Assembly (NCBI GenBank): GCA_002633005.1
Contig: NMRA01000062.1
Coordinates: 1 to 64,000, forward strand
Direction: 5' to 3'
Source of the DNA: Phoronis australis
Lineage: Eukaryota; Animalia; Phoronida
DNA: 64,000 nt
Of the stretch, positions 10,401 to 22,988 are shown one piece after another. The position numbers were made by a program, and so were the translations under genes. Positions within the stretch are counted from its first letter, which is position 1. Each line of letters starts with the position of its first letter. Below the pieces are notes generated by a model. That model saw nothing but the letters and a program-made list of their open reading frames with translations. It was not told where the DNA came from and did not search any database.

Positions 10401-13400
10401 GCTCCAAGCAAAGGACATGAGGTAACTTACCTCAACGTAAACGGCATATTGCCATGCGTTTTATCAACCTCAGAAAATAAAGCTGAAATAGCAAAAAGAT
10501 GAAGTGAATAGTGAGTAAGACATCAAAATTATCAAGTGAAGTGATTAATTGTACGCTAACACACGTATGGGGCTAACAAGTCAAGATTGCACTAGTTGAG
10601 ATCAGGGCATTTTTTGTTTGCGGACATATTTCAACTGATGTGACAAACTCTGCCCCCTAGGTGCAACCGTTATCAAACGGACATTTTCTGAAAAGGACAT
10701 AGAGCACAGGCAAGTGAGCCGTTTTCCAAATTCCGACCAATCACAAAACCGGACTAGTTTCGCTCCCAGAGCAAGTTTTGTGCGTCGCTGCTTAGCCAGT
10801 TATAATATAGATAAAGAGATGTGCCTATCAGACAACTAAGCCAAATGGCACATTTACACAACAGACTACACAACAAGTGATCACCAAGCAACACCATAAT
10901 GAAGTGGAGATTCAAAATAATGAAACAAGTATCAAAGTCTTTCGCAGAGGTCTAAAACTTTCAAATTTAATCCACTGACCAGAAGCTAAACAATAATGTA
11001 GTTAATTTTTCCAATAAAAATTCACTAAATCGCCTTGTCAAAACAGTTGGGAGCACTTGAACAGCCTATCCACTAGTAAATAAATGGCTATTTTAGTCAC
11101 GGCTTGAGAGACCCAGACCACTGCAATGAGACTTGATAGCAGCTTATGTATCAGCATGTACACAGTGAGACTTACTTCTGGAGGCCTTTGATTTCAGGGC
11201 GTAAACAATGTCTTTTTTCATGAAGACGGTGGTACGAGTGTCTCGGTCGATGCCCTTCCCTTTGCCTGTACTGACCAGCACGTCGACGCCGTACACTTCA
11301 TGAACGTCAAATTCACACTTGGCATGATCCGCCCTGTCAATCATACAGACAGCAATCATTCAACGTAGAACAGAGTGACAAAGAGGGGCAGCACGATGTG
11401 AGGCTCAACCGTCACCTGACGCAATACAGTGTAACTGAATCAGTGGAGCATGGACAGCTGTTTACCTGCATGAGGTGTTGATACGGTTAGGATATCACGT
11501 ACCTGCACTAGTTAACAAAGACAGATGACAACATTGTCTAACATGCAACAACTAATGTCTCTAGTTCCCATTATACAAAATGTACCGAGGGGGGTAGGGG
11601 TTCAAGTTGCAGGACTTGAGTTTGGTAGACGATGGCTACAATTACAATTTTTTCTAACATTTTTATAATGACCCAGAATCGTGATCTTTGACCCGGCACA
11701 AAAATTGAATATCACATCATTTACAAACCACAGTCAGTTCATTGCCACTAGAATGTCTCTTCATTTAACATTTATTAATTTTCCACCTTTTCTAGATGTT
11801 AAAACTAAATATTGCTTTAAAATTCACATCCTCATTGAATTTGTCGGATGCACATAGACTGTACATCACACAAGCCTCACCCCATTGGTACATAAACCTG
11901 GGGTTGACATTAATGAGTAAACGTTAGAAAACACAAGTGCAAAAAGTAAAATACAAGTAGAAAACCGACCTCACTCGTACGGGTGATGTGCGGATGTTCC
12001 GCGTTTTTTGTGCCACTACTTTCTACGAGTCCAAATCTGGAAATACGACTTACGAATACCCATCGCTCGTATTTTCGAGGAGACATTTTCGCTAGTGTCC
12101 ACTGTTGTCTAGTCCAGCTAGAGTCCTCATTCACTCACCTTTGTGCTTCAGAGGGGTTGGAAATGATTGCTTTCTCTCCGTCTATCACACCCTGTAGTAG
12201 TTGATGGGACAACATACCTGTCCAAGACAGACACAACAGTCTAGCTTGCATTAAACAGTGGGCACAGTACTGCTTTGATTATCTTCTTATTTCGCACAAA
12301 AAACGATAATAAGAAAAAAACATGCCATTTCTCCATTTTTCAACTCGCAGCGATAATGGATACTTTACTAAAAGTTGTTTTGTGACAAGAGCACAACACA
12401 AACCATGCAGATAATATACTACAAGTTTATCTTTATTGTTGTGGAGAAATTTGACGAAATAATTCACGTCTGCTTCTTCACATGTCTGCCACATTGTGTA
12501 TACTACATTTGTTTACATCTATTAAACTCAACAAGCGCCTACATCATAACATTTGGTGACAGGATTGTATCCGGGTGAAAAACGTGTCCTCGTTGACTAT
12601 GCGTTTCACCAATGTCTAAAGCTGACCATTAAAATGTCATGGAAACAGATTTCATCACTTACTTAGCATCAGCTTCAACTGTGATTGGTTAATTCAGGAC
12701 AGCGTTATTGAAGCATACTGCTGACAACATGCAGGCAAATAAAGATCTGTTCAGAACCAGTAGTAGTGTCACTGTTAGCCTAATATTAAACTTTTGATCA
12801 CCTTATACAAGGAAATCCATTAAGACAACGGGACCACTGACACGTCTAACATACCTTCAACTGGTTTACAGTCAAATTCTGAAGCCACTTTGTTTAGGGT
12901 GTCTGTGACTGTGTAGTTCTAAAATGCAAAAAAACAAACAAAATCAAGCACTGGAAAGCCACTGACAGAGATGACGAAATGATAAATTAGGTTAGTTTCA
13001 TTATGTTTTCTCCATCTTATGAAAATTTTCCACGAGCTCGACATTTTAGTATTTTCCATGCTAAGAACACGTTTATTTTCTACAATTTTCACGGGTGGTA
13101 ATGATGAAAACTACATCACTTCCATACATCATGTGTTGCACATCAAGTTTAATGTTACACACACAGTGAGTGCGATGCCAAAATCAACATTTCAGACTCC
13201 CTTATTTAAAATGGGCACATCAGAAAGTAGACTCAATTAAAAACCGCGAGACTGATAAATTAAAGAGACAGTATATATCTTAGGCAATGATGAAACCTAT
13301 GTGCACAAGACTAGAGTATGTCTTTCTGAGAAAAAACAAAAACATGCTTTAAATACATCCGCACGAGTCTAAATCTATGAATAAACGGTAATGGGGCTAC

Positions 13401-16400
13401 ATTACTAGGTGACTGTGTTTGGCCCCCTGGACCGTACAGTCACACAGTGGGGGCTACATCACTAGGTAACTGTGCCCAGCCCCTTGGACCGTACAGTCAC
13501 ACAGTGTTAGACTGTAAGGCTTGATTAGGCTGGACAGAATGATATAGCTACCAGTACACTTCACAGGCCACTCACAGTACAAAATGGTGTGAAAATCAAG
13601 ATAGCATTACCCGTGTAACCCTAAGCCAATGACAATAAGACTGAACCAGAATGGAATGGTTATATTTTAACAAGGCCTATATAATATTAATTAGGTCAAG
13701 TTAAGATCACTAACTTCAACCTAAAGTAAACCAAGTAAGTGGTGGTAAATCTTGTTGACGCAACCAATGAGCTCCATTCGACCAATATCTTATCACGCCC
13801 ATTAAAAAGCATAACAAATGCTTCCACTTTAGCACACGAACCAAAGAAAGTGCTGCATGGCTCTTCAAAAGACTTGAGCCAAAGGAATATGAGAAATTGA
13901 TACTGTTTTTTATTCAAGTAACAAGTTGCTACGACTGGCTTTAGAATATGACCCATACAGGGCTCGACATAACGAGCTGCAGGTCGCATTTGCGACCTGA
14001 AATTTGGAAANGGCTCTTCAAAAGACTTGAGCCAAAGGAATATGAGAAATTGATACTGTTTTTTATTCAAGTAACAAGTTGCTACGACTGGCTTTAGAAT
14101 ATGACCCATAGGTCGCATTTCAAATAATTTTGACAAGTCACCAGTATTTTTTGTCAGTGTTTTGTAGCACTCCACGAAAAGAACCCAATACATCCCCTGA
14201 GACCTACGACCCGAGACCTATGACCCGAGACCTCAACGCCTTCAAGTTTGAACAGGTAAGTAAAAAGATGACGCCAATCACGTCAACGTCGGAGGCTCCT
14301 CACCTCATTCCCCGGTTTGACCAACCGGAGAGCACACTCTGCAGCGTAATGCGCGGCACGGACCACGTCAGCCTTGCGACCGGTCACTTTGTTGTCCTTT
14401 GATGCCCCGACCACCAAAGTGTGGGCCACTACAGCTGCAAAGCCATCGATGTGAGCGCCCATATCACTGCAACAATCTCATCAGTTAATAAATTTCATGT
14501 GCAAGAACCAAGAGAATAAAGAAAACAAACATCTGACTTGTGTACCAGCAAAACTGCTTTTGAGTATTCTGTACACCACATTTGCCAATGGGATACTTTA
14601 GCTGGGAGCTGCGATGCTCAAAACCAGTCTCTTAATAGGTACACTAACACTGTATGCTGAGTTGGGAAATGTCAGTGCCTTACCGTTTCAACAAATTCAT
14701 ATTCACACGGTTAATTTTTATTTAAAGATGTTATGTCTCATTAAAGCCGATCTTCAACAGTAACAGCTGTAAATTTGGTTCCTACAGTATGTTAAGAGCA
14801 TCGCTATGAGCCAACTATTGCCATAAATTGCCAAATGTAATGAACTGTTAGGCGTATTGGCTTGCTTTTCCCTATGTCACTGCGAAAATCACCTTTTAAT
14901 CCAAACAACTGCGAATAACACCCGCACGCAATGGTGTTCTATTCAGACCCGTATTCAACACAACTGTTGTTTGTGCTGGGATCTCGCGGTGATGCAAAAT
15001 GGCACAAAAAGGCAGCTTCACCTATCATTTGAGAGGCTTACACTTGCGTGATTGAACTTGCGTTTTCTTATTTTACTAAGGCTTTGCTAGGACTATCTGG
15101 TTAGCCCAATACATGTTGAAGTTAGGTTTTAAAACCGTGAATATTCAAATTTCTAGAAAGCGCCACCTACTGACTTCCTGGAAAACTGTGTGTACAAGTA
15201 TAATCAGGAAAAGAATGAATTTACAAACAAATTGCGGTTTTAAAGAAACACCACAACTGATACACTAAAAAAGACATGTGCGAACATATAAAAAACCTTA
15301 CTAATTCTAAATATTACGCAATCATTAGTTGACAGTGAAACAAACAAATAAAAACTGAGCCTTTTTATTAGGGTAACGATGAAATATTACCATACTCATT
15401 TACTTGAAAATAATCTTGTAAAATGAGACTTTTGCAAAATTGTACTGGTAATAGGTTCTCGGATGGTTTCCATAACACTGGGGTTGTTTGTAAATTAGAA
15501 CTTCATTTGCATAATCACAATTTATGAGATTACTATAATTTGGCAGTAATCTTTTTGCCTACTGAAAAAGGTATTTGTCTCTATGCAGATAGTGACTGTC
15601 CTGAGCGTTATAAGATAGCTGTTTTAGTCAATCTCTCAAAGAGAGCTCACATTGTTTCGTCAGACTGGAACCTGTTCATCAGTGAAGTCCAACATGCAAA
15701 ACAACTTCTAATAAATAATGTGTCTCGAAATATCGCTTTTTAAATTATGCTACCTACTGGTGTCATTTGGATTTTTATTGCACTGTTGTGATGTAAAGAC
15801 AAGATCTCTATTTAGACAGCTGGAAAGAACTGAAATTAAACTAGTAAAAACAGATCAAAGTCGTGTCTTCAATGAAATAATTTATCAGATTATGCATCTT
15901 TAAGTAAGATTAACAGCCAACATTTAAATTAAATTCTCAACACGAGAGGAACTGGCACAAGTTAGAGGTTAGAACAAAGTGGGCAGTATACTACTTACAT
16001 TTTGACAAGATCACCGTCGGCTAATAAGACTTCCTTATCCGACTTGAGTGGCGAGTAGTGACAAATGATTTCATTCACAGAAATACAAGTAGGGAAGGCT
16101 ATGCCTGTAACAGACAAACCACCAGTGGTGAACACACACACACAATGATGATGGTTAAAAGCTGGTAGAAACACTCTTTCCCCAAGACAAACTGACTTTT
16201 GGATTAGGCCACCGACCATTATAAACCGCGGTCAATTCCAGGAGAATTGACTAAAAACTTAAGTCATAAATCTGCCCGTACACTCCCCACAATTTCAGAA
16301 AAATAACTTGAGCAAAAGTGCAAGGATCTCAAGAATACACACTTAATTGCTATATATTGAGGTTATTTCAATAAATTATTTCTAGACCGAGACAATCATT

Positions 16401-19400
16401 ACTTGGCTAAACCTTTTTATGCAACTGGGAAGCGAGAGCAGGAGATGAGAGCAGAAGACCAAATTTCTGTATTAGGTCTGGGCGGGACTTGATATAAAGA
16501 TGTCTAGATTTTCCGATGATTAACCATTGACAGTCACGTCAAATTTCGAAAACTTGAAAAAGAACAAATCACGCTTGCAGCAAGTAAAATGTTCTGCTCA
16601 AGCAAACACTGGACTCCATTGATTCAAAGCGGACAATGGAATCAACATATGGCACTGCAAGAGCTTTAGATAAACAGTAACGTCAAGTAGGTGACTGGCA
16701 TAACCCACATTAAGAACAGCATCATTCCGTAACCAATAACTCTAAATCAGGTCTGATATACACACAATGTAACACAGCAACATTACTGACTGTATATCAT
16801 GATTAATATTCACACAACAGTGCAATACAATTACAATACTGGTGGAATATCAAGTTTGATACACCCACAACAGGGTGCCCGAGTATCACCTTTTTTCATT
16901 TCTTTATCCTTCTTGTGTACTTTGCTGGTCTCTTCCAACAACAGCTTGTCCCCCAGCTCACAGACTTCTAAGATGGCGGTACCGGCTGTACATTTGTCAA
17001 CAACCTTCCTGAGTACCCCTGAAAGAGAGATCAATGACATAATCAGGTCATATTTTACCAGGAAAGCCAAGTATCGACAAACTTGTATAGAGTTTTGTTA
17101 ACAGTTGGATGTGACAGTTTCCGATTTGACAATAAATCGCATTCCTTGAAAACAACATGGTTCACCTACCCATGCTACTGGTCAACATTGCAGGAAGTAG
17201 CTGGCAACCCTCCGGAGTTACTGGACATCTGAAAGTTATCTCCCCCTGAAATTTGTATCTGTGAGCCCGAGATTACATTTGAGTAAAACTACACGGGTGA
17301 TTTCACTATACTACGGCTCAGATCTACATAATTTTTCTTCATATTTGCAGAGTACCAAGCCTAATACCTCCAAAATAACCTCCAAAAAAACTTGGACGTG
17401 CATCCTGGTGGTATACAACCTACAAGTCACTAGAGCGCTCGATGCGACCTCAGGTTTTTGGGGAACTGGGAAAAATTCCAAGTTGCCACTACAACTATCT
17501 AAGTCAGACAACAATACTCCTTAAATTCGTTTCAAAGTTTGTGTTGGCTTCCGAACTTTTAATTACTTACAGTTTTCATAGATTCATTACCTTTGATTCA
17601 CAGTAACTGTTACGTTTATTTTACGAAATCAGTGCATTTCCCACCACAGCAGTCAGCACACATGAAACGTGTTTAAATTATAGCAGTAAGCAAACAGACA
17701 GAAGTCGCAACTGTTCATCAAAAATCGGTGAAATTCGCCCCACCAGTCCATGCTGTCATCTGCGTTCTCTGTTCATTAGAAGGCAGGAGGAATTGAAGTA
17801 GAATGAATGTGTAAAGGTACATTTACACGAAAGAGAATGGGCTACGCTTCCAACCGTAAGACCTTTTTTGTGGACGATTTCTACGCTGTATCGGCAACCC
17901 TCAGATAACATTTGGCAGCCTGGGATTTTCAGGTTTGGCGATTGGAATTTTTGACAGGTCGACAAATGCAACTTAGCGTTAAGCTAAGCGTCTGATGCGG
18001 CACTAAGTACAGTACATTTTGACGGTTTTTGCACTACTTGTTACATCAGTATGATGTAGTAATACGTCAGTACCGGATTACACATTACTGTAATTACATG
18101 TAGGCACTTCTATAACCTGGGTGTTTTTCGCGCCACTGGAGTGTCCCATGTTCTTTGTTGTTGCATTTTTTACAAATTTTTCTCAGCTGCATTACTTTAT
18201 TCGTCCCTCCAACTCCAGTGAAGTATTGCTGTGGGCTGCAACTCTGACAGGAGAAAGCTGAATAAACTTGGACAAATATCCGTGGATATGCAATGTTAGT
18301 TTGTCGCCGGCCCGACATCAATCAAAGACAAGAAAATGCCAGGCGAGTGGATAAAGCAAGTTCGTCGCGTGAATTTTGAACGGGATAAAATCCTCCACCT
18401 ATTTTCTTTAGCCCAGTAGCTTTCCTATTCAATGTATTTTAATTTCTGTTAGTTTGCAAATAGCCCATACAAGCAAATAAAGCCTGTGCAGTACAATAAC
18501 CCAAATAAAATATAACTTCAAGTACAAATGTCATCTGCAGTCCAACCTCATGTTTTCACGGCAAAAAATAAGCAGATGATTTCTAATCAAAACATCCAAG
18601 AACGCAATTAATATGCTCGATTTTTTTGGTTTGGTAAAGAGGAATCTTTTGGGTAAGAACTTCACCAAAACAAAATGTCAAACTTTTCTTTCACCACCTG
18701 GCAAAAATCCCAAGTCACCAAAAAGTTGTCACATATTTGCAACTTGCAACCAAGTCAGAGGTCAGAGAAATAAGAATTCACCTGTAACTTGCTTCGGATT
18801 TTGTTGTTTACCGTTATTTCGTGAAATCACGCATTTGCCACCAAATTACAATAAAAAGCAAACAGATCAAAGTCCTAACTGTTAAAAATTGGGCAAGATT
18901 GGTGAAGTTTGTGCCACCAATCCATGCGGTCGTCTGCATTCTGCTTGTTCGCCGGCGGGAGAGACATTGGAGGAGTGGGTGCTGCTACTGTCGTTCGACC
19001 TTTTTTTGGTCGCCGAGCTTTTGTACACCATAGGGAACCTCAGAATTGATCTAGCCGTTCCATTTTTGGCGACCTCAGATTTCCTTTGGTGACCTGGGAT
19101 TTTTGCCAGTGACTGAGGTATAATTTGCTGACAAGCTTCCAGCATATGAAGCTACACAGTCTCTACTGAGCTAGCTAGAGACTGTGGTCACTGTCTAGAT
19201 GAAGTCACAGGGGTCCTCAGCTTCTGATCGTCCCCAATACACTATGTATAATACTACAAGTTATGACACTCGGGACAAGGAATTCGACGGGTGCTTCACT
19301 TCAGCTGTCCACAGCAAACACAAAACTCGATAAATTTACACAAAACAGAGGTTCAACAAACCATGAGGAATTGTTCTTTTTCCCAATACCATTTACGGTG

Positions 19401-21524
19401 TCCTGCTCCACCGAGTTAGCAAGAAATTCGCTTTCAAGGCACAAAAATGTTCCCAAAAAGCTCATGCATCGGACTTATCCGATTAGTTATGGACGTAAGG
19501 CAATTGCCAGTTCATCACGGGTTACATATGGTCTGAAGTTATCGATATCGTGACACTCCGTGACAACTTGGCAATTACCGTACAGTCCTTGACCTCCAAC
19601 CGTCCGAGGAGGCTCGATGCATGGACTTTTTGGGAACATTTTTGTGCTTTGACTGCGAATTTGTTGCAATGTCGCTGGAGCAGGACACTGTGAATGGTAT
19701 TGGTAGAAAGAACAATTGCTAATGGTTTGTTCAAACATTGTTTTGTGTAAATTTAATGAGTTTTGTGTTTGATGTGGAAAGCTGTAGTGAAGCACCCGTG
19801 GAATTTCTGGTCGGGAGTGTCATACCTTGTAGTACTATACATAGTGTATTGGGGACGATCAGAAGCTGAGGACGCCTGTGGATGAAATGGGACTTCTACA
19901 TCTGATTAGTGCTGATTTTTTTGTCCGGTGTTTGATGTTGAGCGCCGTCTGGCGAGTTTATAAAAACCACAGAACACGTACTGAACAAGAAGCCATACAA
20001 CTATAGGGAACATCTGGCACTGATCAGATACTCAGTAGTGGTCCCTGATTAAGAGACCCAGGCAATAACTGAAAAACAGGCCATCCAACCAGTGCCTTAT
20101 TTCGCCTCTTTTTACCCAGAACAACCCATTTTATTGACTGGCATCACGGCTCAAGCCATATAGGCAATGACCATCGCCTCTGTTGGCCTGACCTATAGGC
20201 GCTCCATACGCCGGAAGCTTTTCGGCGAATTATGCCTCGTACCAGCTAAGACATCAAAGTCACGTCATTTTAAATACCTTTTGCGCATAGAGGAACACCT
20301 TAGGAGGTTGTCGATGAGTTTAATTCCTTCCAACTCTAACAAATACTCCAGTTATCAAACTTTTTCTTCGAGCAGTCCCTATTTCAGTTCCCAAAATCGT
20401 GAACTCACCATTTTCACTCGGCGCACGCCAAGAGATATGACCTCATTCTTTTAACCAGGCCGAAGGTCAAAAGTTGCGGTCCTACCGGCGAACTTTGAAA
20501 GCTGAAGTCCCCGCCCTCTGCGTACGTGCTGCCGGGAACCAGCCGTGCATTTGCCGTGTTGTTAAACATTAAATTGTCAAATATGTGCACAAAGACTTTT
20601 AAATGTCATATCAACAGCATTTATTTTTATCAAATACAAACAGTAATTCATTGAAATACAATCAGTTTCAAGTAACGCCAATTAAAGACAAGTAGTGGTG
20701 GCATTTTGGAAACGAACATTTGACTGACAAGACCGCAATGACTCACCTTTGGCCTATTTAAAGATTGAGGTCATGAAGTCACATCACTAAGCGAGCGTGG
20801 TAAAAATTGGAGCACGCGCAGTATAAAAATGGTGAGTTCACGATTTTGGGAACTGAACGAGTGACTGCTCGAACAAAAAGTTCGATACAGAAGTATTTGT
20901 TCGAGTTGGAAGGAATTAAACACATCGACAACCTCCTAAGGTGTTCCTCTATGCGCAAAAGGTATTCATAACAACGGGACTTTGATGATTTAGTCAGTGC
21001 AAGGCATAATTCGCCGAAAAGCTTCCGGTGTATGGAGCGCCTATAGGAGCTGCATCACCTCTGGTCGGACCAACAGAAGCGATGGTCATTGCCTACAAAC
21101 CATATGGTGTATTTCATATTTTTACTGTATTGCACAACAGTCATCCACTCCAGGCAAATAGTTGACGATTTAATCACTGAAGAAAGTAGTTAATACAGTG
21201 TCATATCTGTGAAAAATACGGTTTCTAGAATCATCAGACGTATGGCATACATGTTAAATTCAGTTTAACAAACAAATTTTTATGAATGATTCAATGATTG
21301 AAATACGAAAAACTTGAAGTCTTGAAGGTATCGGAACGTGAACGCAGAAGAAGCAAAAGCTACACCGAAATGTTAAAGTTCATTACTTAAAAGGCGACAG
21401 GTTGCAAAGACAAGTTCTTTAAGCTGTCAAACGCACCATTAACTATTTCACCAGCCATCATATATTTGGTGACAACGCGATCGTCGGCGATAGTTGGCAC
21501 TTCATCGTCTGAGGAGTCCGCCAT
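7368..21524 (-). CDS. PA2G4: Proliferation-associated protein 2G4 (EBP1), inactive MetAP2-fold ribosome-binding protein; complete gene, 11 coding exons, 393 aa
   Basis: Exons joined by hand with GT-AG introns and consistent phases total 1182 nt. Hallmark motifs: [54 protein letters not shown], and a Lys-rich C-terminus. Confidence 0.97.
8723..8850 (-). CDS. PA2G4: PA2G4 exon 10
   Basis: [22 protein letters not shown]...SLK; 128 nt. Confidence 0.95.
9107..9201 (-). CDS. PA2G4: PA2G4 exon 9
   Basis: [31 protein letters not shown]; 95 nt. Confidence 0.93.
9520..9815. repeat. Degenerate ~53-bp minisatellite (5-6 units) overlapping the snoRNA 3' end
   Basis: Repeating cacagtgggtaacattactaggtgactgtgtttagccccctgaactgtagt; about 2 related units at 13390-13505. 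Confidence 0.85.
9775..9913 (-). ncRNA. Putative intronic box H/ACA snoRNA, copy A (PA2G4 intron 8)
   Basis: 139 nt, same sense as host. Hairpin 1 (GCUAUC/GGUAGC base, UUCACA/UGUGAA top), H box AUAUCA, hairpin 2 (UGUCCAGCC/GGCUGGGCA base, UACAGUC/GACUGUA top), then ACA plus 3 nt. Confidence 0.78.
10431..10482 (-). CDS. PA2G4: PA2G4 exon 8
   Basis: [18 protein letters not shown]; 52 nt. Confidence 0.92.
11176..11333 (-). CDS. PA2G4: PA2G4 exon 7
   Basis: [26 protein letters not shown]...YALKSKASR; 158 nt. Confidence 0.95.
12139..12217 (-). CDS. PA2G4: PA2G4 exon 6
   Basis: [27 protein letters not shown]; 79 nt. Confidence 0.94.
12855..12918 (-). CDS. PA2G4: PA2G4 exon 5
   Basis: [21 protein letters not shown]; 64 nt. 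Confidence 0.92.
13468..13606 (-). ncRNA. Putative intronic box H/ACA snoRNA, copy B (PA2G4 intron 4)
   Basis: Near-identical to 9775-9913 with about 2 substitutions seen, both outside the stems; similarity stops at the predicted 5' end. Confidence 0.78.
13860..14110. other. ~98-bp duplication flanking an N at 14011, with the left end of a CAGGGCTCGAC hAT-like MITE at 13958; probable assembly or haplotype overlap
   Basis: 13860-13957 equals 14013-14110. Confidence 0.75.
14304..14466 (-). CDS. PA2G4: PA2G4 exon 4
   Basis: [20 protein letters not shown]...TGRKADV...[10 protein letters not shown]; 163 nt. Confidence 0.95.
15999..16104 (-). CDS. PA2G4: PA2G4 exon 3
   Basis: [20 protein letters not shown]...DLVKI; donor GTAAGT; 106 nt. 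Confidence 0.95.
16890..17018 (-). CDS. PA2G4: PA2G4 exon 2
   Basis: [10 protein letters not shown]...KKDKEMKK; TTTCAG acceptor and GTGATA donor; 129 nt. Confidence 0.93.
19206..19880. mobile_element. Foldback MITE, termini CACAG...CTGTG, 8-bp TSD (P-element-like or hAT-like)
   Basis: Imperfect inverted arms of more than 260 bp; flanks GATGAAGT and GATGAAAT. Confidence 0.88.
20161..21095. mobile_element. Long-TIR MITE, 9-bp TSD (Mutator-like)
   Basis: TAGGCAATGACCATCGC...GCGATGGTCATTGCCTA; inverted arms about 270 bp; flanks CAAGCCATA and CAAACCATA. Confidence 0.85.
21437..21524 (-). CDS. PA2G4: PA2G4 exon 1 ([29 protein letters not shown])
   Basis: Kozak-like ACCATGG; donor G|GTGCGT; 88 nt. 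Confidence 0.93.
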
Positions 21525-21830
21525 GGTGAAACAAATGAACTTCACGTGTTACCCAGAATGCACCATAACTGGCGCCAAAATTTTCTAAAATAAATAGTAA
21601 GTCGATTAAAAACTCCTCTATGTCAATTAAGCATCCGTGAGAATGTGAAAACAGGAAATTCTTGAACTTAAAGTAGTTTAAAGTTAATCCTAAAACTACA
21701 GCTCAAACCAATTGAGATATTTTTCACTTTCTAGCTTTAGCGAAATACCGTATAATCTCGAAGTTTTTCGTGACTATGATCTCAGATTTGAAATACGAAG
21801 ATGGCGGATAAGATTCACAAATGACAGGTA
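21525..21830. promoter_or_regulatory. Putative bidirectional promoter of PA2G4 and CLASP, including a likely non-coding first CLASP exon ending at 21827
   Basis: E-box CACGTG at 21543, ZNF143-like CCCAGAATGCAC at 21552, E2F-like TGGCGCCAAAA at 21570, YY1-like AAGATGGCGG at 21798, donor CAG|GTAGAG at 21827. The CLASP ATG exon has an acceptor at 26063, so an upstream exon is implied. Confidence 0.6.
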
Positions 21831-22988
21831 GAGCTTGAAATTTTCTCGAAAACTATGAAACTGTCGCTCATCAGTATACTTTTGTTTAGTTATTAAAAGG
21901 CGCAAGAACAACCAAAACGTCGAAATCACATGTGAGATCTACTGCTCTTTTGTTACTTTCAAAAACCAACATTTTTGTCCTCGTTTATCGCATTTTGCGA
22001 TTTTGTTTTTTGTGCCCATCCTCCATTCCTCCCCTGTGTTTACGATTCAGCCAGCCGGTGACGAGTAAGATCGTATAAAACATTTTCAAGAACTGTGTGG
22101 ATACGTATCCAACCTGCAATTAAATATCTGAAGTCTCATGGCATGTAATTTGGCCTAAATTATGGACGTCAAAACGGTGTTCGAATGGTGTAGAAAATTC
22201 ATCAGTCACAGGCAGTACAGCACTGGCACTGCTAGTGCTATGGCAGTTATGCCCTGCCTGTGGAATTGGTTGGATATGTAATTCCTAGTGGTCCCTGATT
22301 TAGAAAGCCAGGCATTCAATGAATAATGGGCTGCTTATTTACTATAGTGGATGAATGAATCTTCTTCAAATCGGGGACCACTTTATCTGACTAGTATAGT
22401 GCTGCTGGGACTAGACAGGTCCCCCGTCGTGCTGCCTCTTGCCGTCTTGGCGTGGCTGGAAGATGGTACATTTACCATCATAACCGTTTAGATAGGCTTG
22501 AGTACATAGACTACATCTGATGTTCAGTCTTCAATTTGATGTAACAAAGTCAAATGACTATTTGGAAAAAAATATGATGGCGGGAGTTAGGAGTAGCAGT
22601 TCGAGTTGGAATGACTTAACTGCTTTCAAAGGTGACCATCTACAATGTGAAGGTTAAAACTTGATAGCTTAGCCAGGGTTGAACGTAATTTGCAGAAAAT
22701 CTTTCAGCGTAGATGCTTTTGTATCCTATTTATTGGTAAGTAATTTAGAGAAGCATAACGTAATAGGAAGTCACTTTTGCTGTGTTGTCAGGTTGTAGGA
22801 AATCCTTTTAGACAGATTTGTTGACAGATGGAGTTGTCCAGCAGTTGCTGAGATTGGCGATGTCAGCGAGGGATGCTTAGAAATCATCAATATTCAGTCA
22901 TGGGGGTTTTTGGGGCCATCACCTGCCAGTTCGTTCTCGGGAATGGGGCCACATGTGTTGTTCCAGAGGCCTTGTCAAGAAGGCGTAG

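Noticed and set aside
12560-12660. C/D snoRNA (GUGAUGA on the minus strand)
   Set aside because: No D box CUGA at a suitable distance.
13696-14193. 165-aa ORF with internal repeat
   Set aside because: Spans an N and a duplicated assembly overlap.
15640-15700. Hammerhead ribozyme on the minus strand (CUGAUGA...GAAAC)
   Set aside because: Stem II closing pair is mismatched and no stem I or III with a UH cleavage site could be formed.
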